Source of the DNA: Alistipes sp.
GTDB taxonomy: Bacteria > Bacteroidota > Bacteroidia > Bacteroidales > Rikenellaceae
DNA: 64,000 nucleotides
Assembly: GCA_045656185.1 (NCBI GenBank)
Contig: JAZOQR010000061.1
Coordinates: 36,784-100,783, forward strand
Direction: 5' to 3'
Shown one piece after another: positions 1 through 8,283 of this stretch (positions are counted from its first letter, which is position 1; each line of letters begins with the position of its first letter). The position numbers were made by a program, and so were the translations under genes. The notes beneath the pieces were generated by a model. That model was given only the letters and a program-made list of their open reading frames with translations. It ran no database searches and had not been told where the DNA came from.

Positions 1-127
1 ACTCATCCCAACCCTTGATAAAATCGATACCGCAGACTCCCTCAACAAGATTCTTCCAAGTATCCTCAACATGGTTACCCACTGGTGTAATAGCACCAAT
101 ACCAGTGATAACAACTCTCTGTTCCAT
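1..127 (-). CDS. fabF: beta-ketoacyl-ACP synthase II, 5' end only (runs off window)
   Basis: Manual translation from ATG at 127: MEQRVVITGIGAITPVGNHVEDTWKNLVEGVCGID, the typical KAS II N-terminus; lies downstream of fabH. Confidence 0.85.
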   Translation of the reverse strand, partial: MEQRVVITGIGAITPVGNHVEDTWKNLVEGVCGIDFIKGWDE

Positions 128-211
128 CTAATTCTGTGTTGTTAAATTGTTTATGCAATAGTTATTTGTAAATAACTGTCGCTATAATCAAAATATTGTT
201 GTTATACTAAT

Positions 212-1168
212 TTATTTCGCCCACTCAATCACACAAGCACCAGTTGTAAATCCAGCACCAAAAGCACTGAACACCAACTTATCACCCTTCTGAAGTTTTC
301 CTGCACGATTCAACTCGTCGAGGAGTGCAGGCAGAGCAGCAGATGAGATATTACCATAACGCTCGATGTTATGTGGTATACGCTCCTCGTCAACATTTAG
401 GAAGTGACGAATAGACTCTATGATGCGGAGGTTTGCCTGATGCAACACGAAATATTTGATATCCTCAGCCTGAAGACCTGTCTCATTAAGGAGTTTGCGG
501 ATATCGCGACACGAGTTCTTCACAGCATACTTGAATACCTCACGACCATTCATCACCAAAGGCTCAAAATTCTCCTCCTTATCAATATAAGGGGTTGGCT
601 CCAACTTACGCTGGTAGTACAGAACATCTGTTAAAGAGGTTGTCGTAAGACTTATAGCCTTTAGTTCATCGCCCTCAGTTACCACAGCAGCACCTGCGCC
701 GTCACCAAACAACACAGATGTACTTCTATTCTGCCAACTTACCATACGCGATGGCTCCTCTGCACACACGATAAGGATATTCTTAGCCTTCTTGCAACGA
801 ATCTTATCCTCTGCCATATCCATAGCAAAAATGAAGCCCGCACACGCAGCATTAATATCCAAGGTAGGGCAGGTTGCGCCAATCTTACCCTGAATGATAC
901 AACTGAGTGCAGGAGTCACATACTCGTTCACTACGTTTGAACAGATGATAAAGTCGATATCCTTGGCAGTAAGGTTAGCATCTGCCAACGCCTTGTTAGC
1001 AGCATCAACAGCCATATCCTCCAACTTCTCTGACGAAATCACCAAACGCTCCTTGATACCAGTACGCTCTGTAATCCACTCGTCAGTGGTCTCAAGAAAC
1101 TGCTCAAGCATGGTATTCGTCACACAACACTTTGGATGTGCCGATCCTGTTCCAATTATCTTCATCAA
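212..1168 (-). CDS. fabH: beta-ketoacyl-ACP synthase III
   Basis: WITERTGIKER, DINAACAGF (catalytic Cys), LFGDGAGA, HQAN, YGNISSA, AFGAG motifs. Confidence 0.95.
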   Translation of the reverse strand: MMKIIGTGSAHPKCCVTNTMLEQFLETTDEWITERTGIKERLVISSEKLEDMAVDAANKALADANLTAKDIDFIICSNVVNEYVTPALSCIIQGKIGATCPTLDINAACAGFIFAMDMAEDKIRCKKAKNILIVCAEEPSRMVSWQNRSTSVLFGDGAGAAVVTEGDELKAISLTTTSLTDVLYYQRKLEPTPYIDKEENFEPLVMNGREVFKYAVKNSCRDIRKLLNETGLQAEDIKYFVLHQANLRIIESIRHFLNVDEERIPHNIERYGNISSAALPALLDELNRAGKLQKGDKLVFSAFGAGFTTGACVIEWAK

Positions 1169-1341
1169 AAATATTTGTTAGTTAATAATATCTATCTATT
1201 CACCCATTGCCCAACTCAGCCCCTCCTTAAGCAAACTGCCATTCTCCTCATTCTCTAATTCGAACAATTTTGAATACCTCTTACCTAAGAACTCATCACA
1301 GCTCTTGCGTATTAATATACACATTTTTTTGTTAGGCGACG

Positions 1342-1349
1342 CAAAGATA
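1342..1349 (-). promoter_or_regulatory. Bacteroidetes -7 promoter box (TATCTTTG) for fabH-fabF
   Basis: Matches TAnnTTTG on the minus strand about 170 nt upstream of fabH. Confidence 0.6.
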
Positions 1350-1379
1350 ATTATTTGCTCCTCTATATATCTATTTAAT

Positions 1380-1429
1380 GTGGTAAATTTGTGTTTTCCG
1401 TGGTAAATTTGCATTATTTGTGGTAAATT
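1380..1429. promoter_or_regulatory. three direct repeats GTGGTAAATT with 20-bp period; candidate LytTR operator
   Basis: Exact 10-mers at 1380, 1400 and 1420 between the divergent fabH and LytTR promoters. Confidence 0.7.
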
Positions 1430-1480
1430 GTTTTGAATTTTGCAGATTTTAACTACATTTGTTGCCTAAAAAATAGAAAA

Positions 1481-2443
1481 ATGAAGCCTGTTACAGAGCG
1501 AGAAATTCCAAAATATATAGTCTCACGAAGATATATATCTGTGCTGATAGCCTCTATTCTTTTATTCTCAGCACTCTTTCTTCTTATCTACGAACCATTC
1601 TCTATGGCGGTATGGTTTGGAACGTCTCAGACACTAAATTTCAGTTTTACCATCCTCTTTTATCTGAGTTCGATTGTGGTACTTATCCTAAGCCGAACAC
1701 TGATGTACACCGTCTACAATAGGTTGGATATTACGGTTATGACATATATGTGGTGGATTATGGCAGAGAACTTGGTTATCTCTCTGATATACACCCTTAT
1801 CACCGTTAATTTCTTCCCAATGGCAGGCATCGCAACACCAACCATAGCCACACGTGCCCTAATGTGTGTTACGATTATCCTTGCACTACCTAATGCCTTT
1901 GTACTCTTCTATGCAGCCTATTGCGCTAAGTGTGAGGAACTTCAGGCATCACAATACCAATATCAGCAACTCGAAAAGGAGTATAGCTTACTCAATAGTA
2001 GCCAGAATAATATTCGCGCCTCTGTACCGAGAATCAACAACGCCCCAAAGATGATAAACCTACACGACAACAATGGTACTTTGCGCCTCTCTATCAACAC
2101 GGACGCACTATACTACCTTGAGTCGGAGGATAACTATATTAAGGTCTACTATAAACATAAGGAGCGCATATTGTCATATATGTTGCGTTGTCGCACTCGT
2201 AGCGTTGAGGAGAGCCTAAAGGATACATCAATGGTACGATGCCACCGCTCGTACATAGTGAATATCAACAAGATACAATTATTGGAAGAGGATAAGCGTA
2301 TGCACTATATCACGCTTAACGATAAGTCTATCAGCCGAATTCCAGTCTCAAAGAGCTACTACGACAAGGTTCTTGCCTCGCTTAATGCCCTCCAGGACCA
2401 GCAGTCAAAGACGGAGATCCTTGTCGATAGCAACGAACAATAG
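1481..2443 (+). CDS. membrane-anchored LytTR-family transcriptional regulator (about 4 TM + LytTR domain)
   Basis: Four hydrophobic segments followed by YLESEDNYIKVYY...RCHRSYIVN...IPVSKSY; ATG 1481 follows a TACATTTG box (1454-1461). Confidence 0.85.
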   Translation: MKPVTEREIPKYIVSRRYISVLIASILLFSALFLLIYEPFSMAVWFGTSQTLNFSFTILFYLSSIVVLILSRTLMYTVYNRLDITVMTYMWWIMAENLVISLIYTLITVNFFPMAGIATPTIATRALMCVTIILALPNAFVLFYAAYCAKCEELQASQYQYQQLEKEYSLLNSSQNNIRASVPRINNAPKMINLHDNNGTLRLSINTDALYYLESEDNYIKVYYKHKERILSYMLRCRTRSVEESLKDTSMVRCHRSYIVNINKIQLLEEDKRMHYITLNDKSISRIPVSKSYYDKVLASLNALQDQQSKTEILVDSNEQ

Positions 2444-2469
2444 TTGCAATTAGGCGTTGCCTTTTATTT

Positions 2470-2777
2470 GCCTGAGGGGCCTAAGAGACACGAAGGGGAA
2501 AACTGAAAACTGAAAACTGAAAAGTTAGGTGTCTGCGACGCGTGTTTATAAAGTGAAAAGCGGCAGAAAGGGTTTTATTAATTACTAATTCCCCCTTAGG
2601 CCCCTTTTGCCCTTTCAGCGTAGCTGTCGCTTGGCACAAGCGATATATAAACATTAAGGGCAGCACAACCGAATTTCTTGTCAGAAGGGGCATAAATAAT
2701 TAGTAATTAGTAGAGAGTAATTAGTAATAGTTTTGCTTGGCACAAGCGATATATAAACATTAAGGGTAGCACAACCT
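2470..2777. repeat. mosaic intergenic repeat array (AAACTGA and AATTACT heptamers, GGGGCCTAA-type nonamers, duplicated ~43-bp GCTTGGCACAAGCGATATATAAACATTAAGGG unit)
   Basis: The same modules recur at 17.05-17.2, 29.48-29.76, 33.15-34.25 and 40.61-40.83 kb. Confidence 0.8.
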
Positions 2778-2906
2778 AATTTCTCAGGAGAAGGCTGCAG
2801 ATACAACGCTCGGCAAAAATCCCGACGATGGGCTGTACTTGAGGTACTGCTCATTGTCGGGACTTTTTGTTAGCGGAAGTAGATGTCTGCCTTATCGTGA
2901 GAAATT
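2778..2906 (-). mobile_element. 129-bp AATT-bounded imperfect palindrome (MITE/ERIC-like), copy 1
   Basis: AATTTCTC...GAGAAATT termini; abuts the rlmH stop codon; near-identical to 29761-29889. Confidence 0.75.
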
Positions 2907-3380
2907 TTACTCGTGGTGGTATGGCTCGTTTTTTAGAATCGTAAATGCTCGGTAGAGCTGCTCGGTGAAGATGGCACGCACGATCTGGTGCGAGAAGGTC
3001 ATCTTAGATAGAGAGAGCTTGCTGTTTGAACGCTGGTAGACAGCATCTGAGAAGCCGTATGGGCCACCGATAACAAATACAAGGCGCTTAGTACCTGAGA
3101 GCATACGACGCTGGAGCATATCGGCAAACTCTATAGAGCGATATTCTGCACCGTGCTCGTCGAGAAGCATAAGGTGGTCGGAGTCGGTGATAAGTTTTAG
3201 TATCGCCTCACCCTCAAGACGTTTCTGCTCTGCCTCAGAGAGCTTTTTGGTATTACGCACATCTGCGATGGTTGTTATGGCAAAGCGCACATAGTGGTTT
3301 AGGCGCTTGGTGTACATCGAAACAAGAGCCTCAACCTCACGCATATCGGTTTTACCGACAACTATCAACTCTATATTCAC
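2907..3380 (-). CDS. rlmH: 23S rRNA (pseudouridine1915-N3)-methyltransferase
   Basis: SPOUT motifs FVIGGPYG, LSLSKMTFSHQ, EQLYRAFTI...PYHH. Confidence 0.95.
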   Translation of the reverse strand: MNIELIVVGKTDMREVEALVSMYTKRLNHYVRFAITTIADVRNTKKLSEAEQKRLEGEAILKLITDSDHLMLLDEHGAEYRSIEFADMLQRRMLSGTKRLVFVIGGPYGFSDAVYQRSNSKLSLSKMTFSHQIVRAIFTEQLYRAFTILKNEPYHHE

Positions 3381-3811
3381 TACTCAGCAACTGTTTTAGG
3401 TCGCATAATAGCGACAAGTACACCATTAGATAGTAGCAACATATTCTCGGCATCCATTTCATAGTGTGTTACGCTCTCAATTACATCGAAGTATTTGTTC
3501 TCCGCCTCGAAGTTTTCGCAAAGACGACGTGTTGAGCCGAGATTAGCAAAGCTAAGAGCACGCTTAGGAGTAACAATATATGTTGCAGTAAAACGGTTGC
3601 AATCGCCCTGACCTGAGACATTACCATTATCGTGTAGTAGCAGTGTGTAGCAATCGCCTTGTGGCACGACATCTCTACCCATAATCTGCACAAGCTGCCA
3701 CTCTGTACCAACAAGAGGTTTCTCCAATTTTGCACGCTTACGACAGTCGCAACATCCAATCATTAGAGTCGCTAAAAGTATGGTTGTAAAAAATAAAAAT
3801 GCTCTTTTCAT
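3380..3811 (-). CDS. META (HslJ-like) domain lipoprotein
   Basis: Signal peptide with Cys; LVGTEWQL, GQGDCNRF, STRRLC motifs. Confidence 0.8.
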   Translation of the reverse strand: MKRAFLFFTTILLATLMIGCCDCRKRAKLEKPLVGTEWQLVQIMGRDVVPQGDCYTLLLHDNGNVSGQGDCNRFTATYIVTPKRALSFANLGSTRRLCENFEAENKYFDVIESVTHYEMDAENMLLLSNGVLVAIMRPKTVAE

Positions 3812-3884
3812 ACTATTTTCTAAATAATTGTTACCTTTGTAGTCGGAACAAAGATAATACAAATCAATTAAAAAGTTATAGAAA

Positions 3885-4259
3885 ATGAAAAAAGTTATTG
3901 CATCACCATTGGCACCAAAGGCTGTTGGTCCATATTCACAGGCTATCGCACACGACGCAACTCTCTACATCTCTGGTCAGCTTCCTATCGACGGTGCTAC
4001 TGGCAAGATGGCTGAGGGCGTAGAGGCTCAGACTCGTCAGGCGTTGACTAACCTTGGCTACATCCTTGAGGAGGCAGGCTACTCTTTCGACAATGTTGCT
4101 AAGACTACAGTTCTTTTGGCTGACATCGCAGACTTCGGCGCTATGAACGCAATCTATGCAGAGTTCTTCACAGGCGACAAGCCAGCTCGTATCTGCTACC
4201 AGGTTGCAGCATAGCCTATGGGCGCATTGGTTGAGATCGTCGCTATCGCTATTAAGTAG
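3885..4259 (+). CDS. ridA: RidA/YjgF family enamine deaminase, interrupted by in-frame TAG at 4212-4214
   Basis: APKAVGPYSQA, ISGQLP, KPAR; the frame continues past the TAG as PMGALVEIVAIAIK, the normal RidA C-terminus. Confidence 0.85.
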
Positions 4260-4279
4260 TTAGCTATCAACTAAAACAG

Positions 4280-4309
4280 TAAAGGGTTGTCCATCTGGAT
4301 AACCCTTTA
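4280..4309. terminator. bidirectional intrinsic terminator between ridA and comM
   Basis: TAAAGGGTTGTCCA-TC-TGGATAACCCTTTA inverted repeat between convergent genes. Confidence 0.7.
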
Positions 4310-4331
4310 TTATTATGTATATGTAGTTATG

Positions 4332-5870
4332 CTATCGTCCCCAACTCTCCCTGTCGAGCGAGCGGTAGCCTATAGCCTCTGAAATATGACTCGACTCGAT
4401 ATTTGCCTTACCCTCAAGGTCGGCTATTGTGCGTGCAACCTTAATGATGCGGTCGTAGGCTCGTGCCGAGAGGTTTAGGCGCGACATAGCAAACTCCAGT
4501 AGCTGGGCACACTCCTTATCCAGCGGCGCAAACTCACGCAACATCGAGCTATTCATCATTGCATTGCAGTGGATATTGAGTCCTTGAAATCTTTTGCGCT
4601 GAATCTCACGAGCCGCTACCACACGACGACGAATATCTGCACTCGACTCCACTACCTCGTTGCTCGACATAGCCGATATAGATACAGGCACAACTTCGAT
4701 GTGCATATCAATTCTATCCATTAAAGGACCTGACACGTGCGACATATAGCGGTGTACTGCGGCTGCAGAGCAAGTACACTCCTTCGTTGGATGGTTATAG
4801 TAGCCACAAGGGCAGGGATTCATCGAGGCAATAAGCGTAAAGTTAGCTGGATAATCCACCGAGTACTTTGCGCGCGAGATATTTATATGTCTATCCTCCA
4901 ACGGCTGACGCAACACCTCCAAAACATTACGTCCAAACTCTGGCATCTCATCCAAAAAGAGTACACCATTATGCGCTAACGACACCTCACCAGGCTGTGG
5001 CGACTGACCACCACCAATAAGAGCTACTTGTGAGGTCAGATGGTGTGGCGCACGGAAAGGACGCTGTGATATAAGACCGCGATGTGAGCCAATCTTACCC
5101 GCCACGGAGTGTATCTTTGTAGTCTCCAAAGCCTCATCCAAGGTCATAGGAGGCATAATCGTTGGCATACGTCGCGCAAGCATCGTCTTACCCGAACCTG
5201 GGGCTCCCACCATAATAACATTATGGCCACCCGCTGCAGCAATCTCCAACGCTCTCTTGACATATGCTTGACCCTTTACATCTGCAAAATCCTCGGCATA
5301 TAACTCCTCGCCAACACCCTCATTATCAGTAGGAATATACTCAGTTACGATATATGGCTGACGGCCTTGAAGAATCTCGCAAAGCTCCAAAAGCGATTTA
5401 ATTCCTATACACTCAACACCCTCAACGATAGCACCCTCGGCGCAATTCTCCTCAGGCATAAAGACTCGCTTAATGCCTCTATCACGCGCCAGTGCCACCA
5501 ACGACAATACTCCCTTAACGGGGCGTAGCATACCATTGAGTGAAAGCTCTCCTATGAACATCGAGCCTTCAATAAGGTCGGATACAATCTGCTCGGTAGC
5601 GATAAGGATACCAACTGCAATAGGCAAATCATATTGCGAACCCTCCTTACGCAAGTCCGCTGGAGCAAGGTTCACAACTGTCTTCTTAGCAAGCAGCTTA
5701 TATCCAGAGTTTTCAAACGCTGCTTGTATGCGCTCCTGACTCTCCTTAATGGTATTATCTGGAAGACCTACGATAGAGAGACCTATGCCACCACCCGCGA
5801 CATTCACCTCGGCAGTGACCTCAACAGCCTCAATACCAGCTATTGCACCTGTATTTATTCTTACAAACAT
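4332..5870 (-). CDS. comM: YifB/ComM Mg-chelatase-like AAA+ ATPase
   Basis: VNLAPADLRKEGSQYDLPIA, GAPGSGKT, FRAPHH, LAHNGVLFLDE, MNPCPCG. Confidence 0.9.
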   Translation of the reverse strand: MFVRINTGAIAGIEAVEVTAEVNVAGGGIGLSIVGLPDNTIKESQERIQAAFENSGYKLLAKKTVVNLAPADLRKEGSQYDLPIAVGILIATEQIVSDLIEGSMFIGELSLNGMLRPVKGVLSLVALARDRGIKRVFMPEENCAEGAIVEGVECIGIKSLLELCEILQGRQPYIVTEYIPTDNEGVGEELYAEDFADVKGQAYVKRALEIAAAGGHNVIMVGAPGSGKTMLARRMPTIMPPMTLDEALETTKIHSVAGKIGSHRGLISQRPFRAPHHLTSQVALIGGGQSPQPGEVSLAHNGVLFLDEMPEFGRNVLEVLRQPLEDRHINISRAKYSVDYPANFTLIASMNPCPCGYYNHPTKECTCSAAAVHRYMSHVSGPLMDRIDMHIEVVPVSISAMSSNEVVESSADIRRRVVAAREIQRKRFQGLNIHCNAMMNSSMLREFAPLDKECAQLLEFAMSRLNLSARAYDRIIKVARTIADLEGKANIESSHISEAIGYRSLDRESWGR

Positions 5871-5873
5871 ATC

Positions 5874-7487
5874 TTAAAATGGAGAGTCATCGAAATTCTG
5901 GCGACCAGGCATTGGTGACTGAATATCAAATTCACCACCTCCCGACATCATACCGCCACCTGAGAAGCCTCCACCCATACCAGCTGGTGGAACACCCATA
6001 GCAAAGCTTCCTGCCGAGCCATAATCGTCATACTCCTCCTTTGGTTGGTAGTTATCACGACCACCCATCACAGATGCTGTAACCGATGAATCGGCATCGG
6101 CAAACTTCGCCTGCTCCTTGATAAAGCGCAATGGCACATCTGTAACCTCACCATTACGGTGCTTAGCAATGATAATCTCGGCGATACCCGCTGTTGGTAG
6201 ACCACTCTCGGTAGTTGTAAGGCCGTAATACTCAGGACGATGGATAAATGCTACCACATCGGCATCCTGCTCGATAGCTCCCGACTCACGAAGGTCCGAA
6301 AGCTGTGGTCGCTTCGAGCCACCACGGTTCTACACGTTACGGCTAAGCTGCGAGAGGGCTATGATAGGGACATTCAACTCCTTGGCAATAGCCTTCAGGG
6401 TACGCGAGATAAGCGACACCTCCTGCTCACGATTACCACGTGTTTCAGGTGTTGCTGCGGTCATAAGCTGTAGGTAGTCGATGATGATAAGTTTTATATC
6501 GTGCTGCGTCTTCAATCGGCGCGCCTTAGAGCGGAACTCATATACCGAGAGGGCTGGTGTATCATCCACAAAGAGTGGTGCACGACCAAGATCAACTGTA
6601 TTTGCCTCAAGATGCTTCCACTGCTCTGCGCTAAGGTTACCCGTACGCAAATCCTTCGAGTTAAGCTGTGTCTCGGCAACAATAAGACGGTTCATCAACT
6701 GCACCGACGACATCTCCAGAGAGAAGAAGGCTACAGGTGTCTTAAACTCTACCGCCATATTACGCGCCATTGTAAGCACGAAGGCAGTCTTACCCATAGA
6801 TGGTCGCGCTGCAATGATGATAAGGTCGGATGGCTGCCAACCGAGCGTGACGCTATCGATATCGGTGAAGCCAGAACGCACACCGTTATACTCACCCGCA
6901 GTCTTTGCCGCCTCCTCGATCTGTAGTAGCGCCTTACGCAAGATATCGGATGCCGACTGCACCGAGCGCTTCACATTACCCTCCGATACACGGAATATCT
7001 CCTGCTCGGCAAAGCCAATAAGCTCGGTTACATCTATCTCTTCGTCGTAGGAGCGACGCTGAATCTCTGTTGCTGAGCGTATCAACTCGCGCTGCACATA
7101 CTTCTGCGCAATAATCTTGGCGTGAAACTCGATATGTGCTGCCGAAGCCACCTTCTGCGTAAGCTCCGCCATATATGGCGCACCACCCACCTTTTGAAGT
7201 AGCTTCTGAGCCTTCAAGCGCTCGGTCACAGTAAAGAGGTCGATAGCCTTCATCTCTATCGATAACTCCTGAATTGCCTTGAAGATAATACGGTGCTCCT
7301 CAAGGTAGAAGGTCTCCGCCTTGACATACTCCTGCACATCAATGATAGCATCCTTTTCGAGCATCAATGCACCCAACACCGCCTGCTCAAGCTCTATGGC
7401 TTGTGGTGGTACGGTAGCGTCCAAACCTGTCAACTCAGCAAATGCCTCACTATTTTTCTCCGAAGGTTTCTTATATTGTTTCGCCAT
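5874..7487 (-). CDS. dnaB: replicative DNA helicase, interrupted by in-frame TAG at 6330-6332
   Basis: [55 protein letters not shown] joins the two ORF-track pieces in one frame. Confidence 0.92.
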
Positions 7488-7673
7488 AATTAGTCACACG
7501 AATTATAAAAACATCCACAAAATTAACTATTTTTCCGAGAACATCCCATATTTTACACCTACAATTTATTATTAGTTGTTACGAGTTATAAACAATACTC
7601 TGTTCATAATCTCCCTACAAACCTACAACTTTAGAAAAAAAGCACTATCTTTGCTAAAACTTACAATCACAAA

Positions 7674-8273
7674 ATGAAAAGAGGGATATATACAAAAATA
7701 GCTACGGGTTTAACACTGTTTTTACTTCTGTTATTTGTTGCCACTCCTCAGCCTGTAAGAGCAGATAGCACATATACTAATGCTTTGAAAATCACGTTCC
7801 TATCGTGGTCTACGGGTAGTACAAAGATATCATACGAAAAGGCACTACCTCAACTTAAGCAGAGTGCTGAGATTTGTAGTGGTCTTATATCTGCTGGATA
7901 TGACAAATATAAGAATGATCCTCTCGGTTTTTCACTTCGATATAGCCACAAATTCTTTGTTGGCAACTACGATGCAAACAAGCCTTTGCAGGGGGCATAT
8001 ATTCGTCCAGAAATTATATACTCCGATTATAAATATACCCACTCCGTAACTGGCGCTCGCACTCCTGCACGTATGTGTGCTTTGCTTGGTTCGGCAGGTT
8101 ATCAGCACTGCTTTGGTCATTTTGTTGTGGATGGCTGGGTGGGTGGAGGCTACGCCTTTGGTAGAGCTTCCGAAACAGGCTATCACCACGGCTTCCAGCT
8201 ATGGAAATGGTTTGGTAAGCGCAATGATAACATTGCGCTAAGCTTCAGTATTAGAATTGGTTACATTTGGTAA
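7674..8273 (+). CDS. outer-membrane beta-barrel protein (DUF3575-like)
   Basis: Signal peptide, amphipathic strands, C-terminal IRIGYIW. Confidence 0.55.
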   Translation: MKRGIYTKIATGLTLFLLLLFVATPQPVRADSTYTNALKITFLSWSTGSTKISYEKALPQLKQSAEICSGLISAGYDKYKNDPLGFSLRYSHKFFVGNYDANKPLQGAYIRPEIIYSDYKYTHSVTGARTPARMCALLGSAGYQHCFGHFVVDGWVGGGYAFGRASETGYHHGFQLWKWFGKRNDNIALSFSIRIGYIW

Positions 8274-8283
8274 AAACATTATT

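Noticed and set aside
1196..1414. 72-aa ORF upstream of fabH as a leader peptide
   Set aside because: It spans the promoter and operator repeats, starts upstream of the predicted TSS and has no telling composition
2481..2693. Short ORFs over the repeat arrays (also 16932-17123, 17126-17341, 29537-29743, 33074-33307, 40392-40604)
   Set aside because: Translations mirror the heptamer/nonamer repeats (FQFSVFS, ETEETEE) and show no protein-like motifs
2778..2906. Hairpin elements as integron attC sites
   Set aside because: No RYYYAAC/GTTRRRY cores, no intI, and the upstream genes are housekeeping genes rather than cassettes; kept only as an analogy
4212..6332. Genome-wide TAG reassignment or pyrrolysine use
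   Set aside because: The two internal TAGs align to different residues (Leu, Glu), each is one substitution from the expected codon, and TAG correctly ends many genes here (nrnA, dxs, dapD, mnmG, pcrA)
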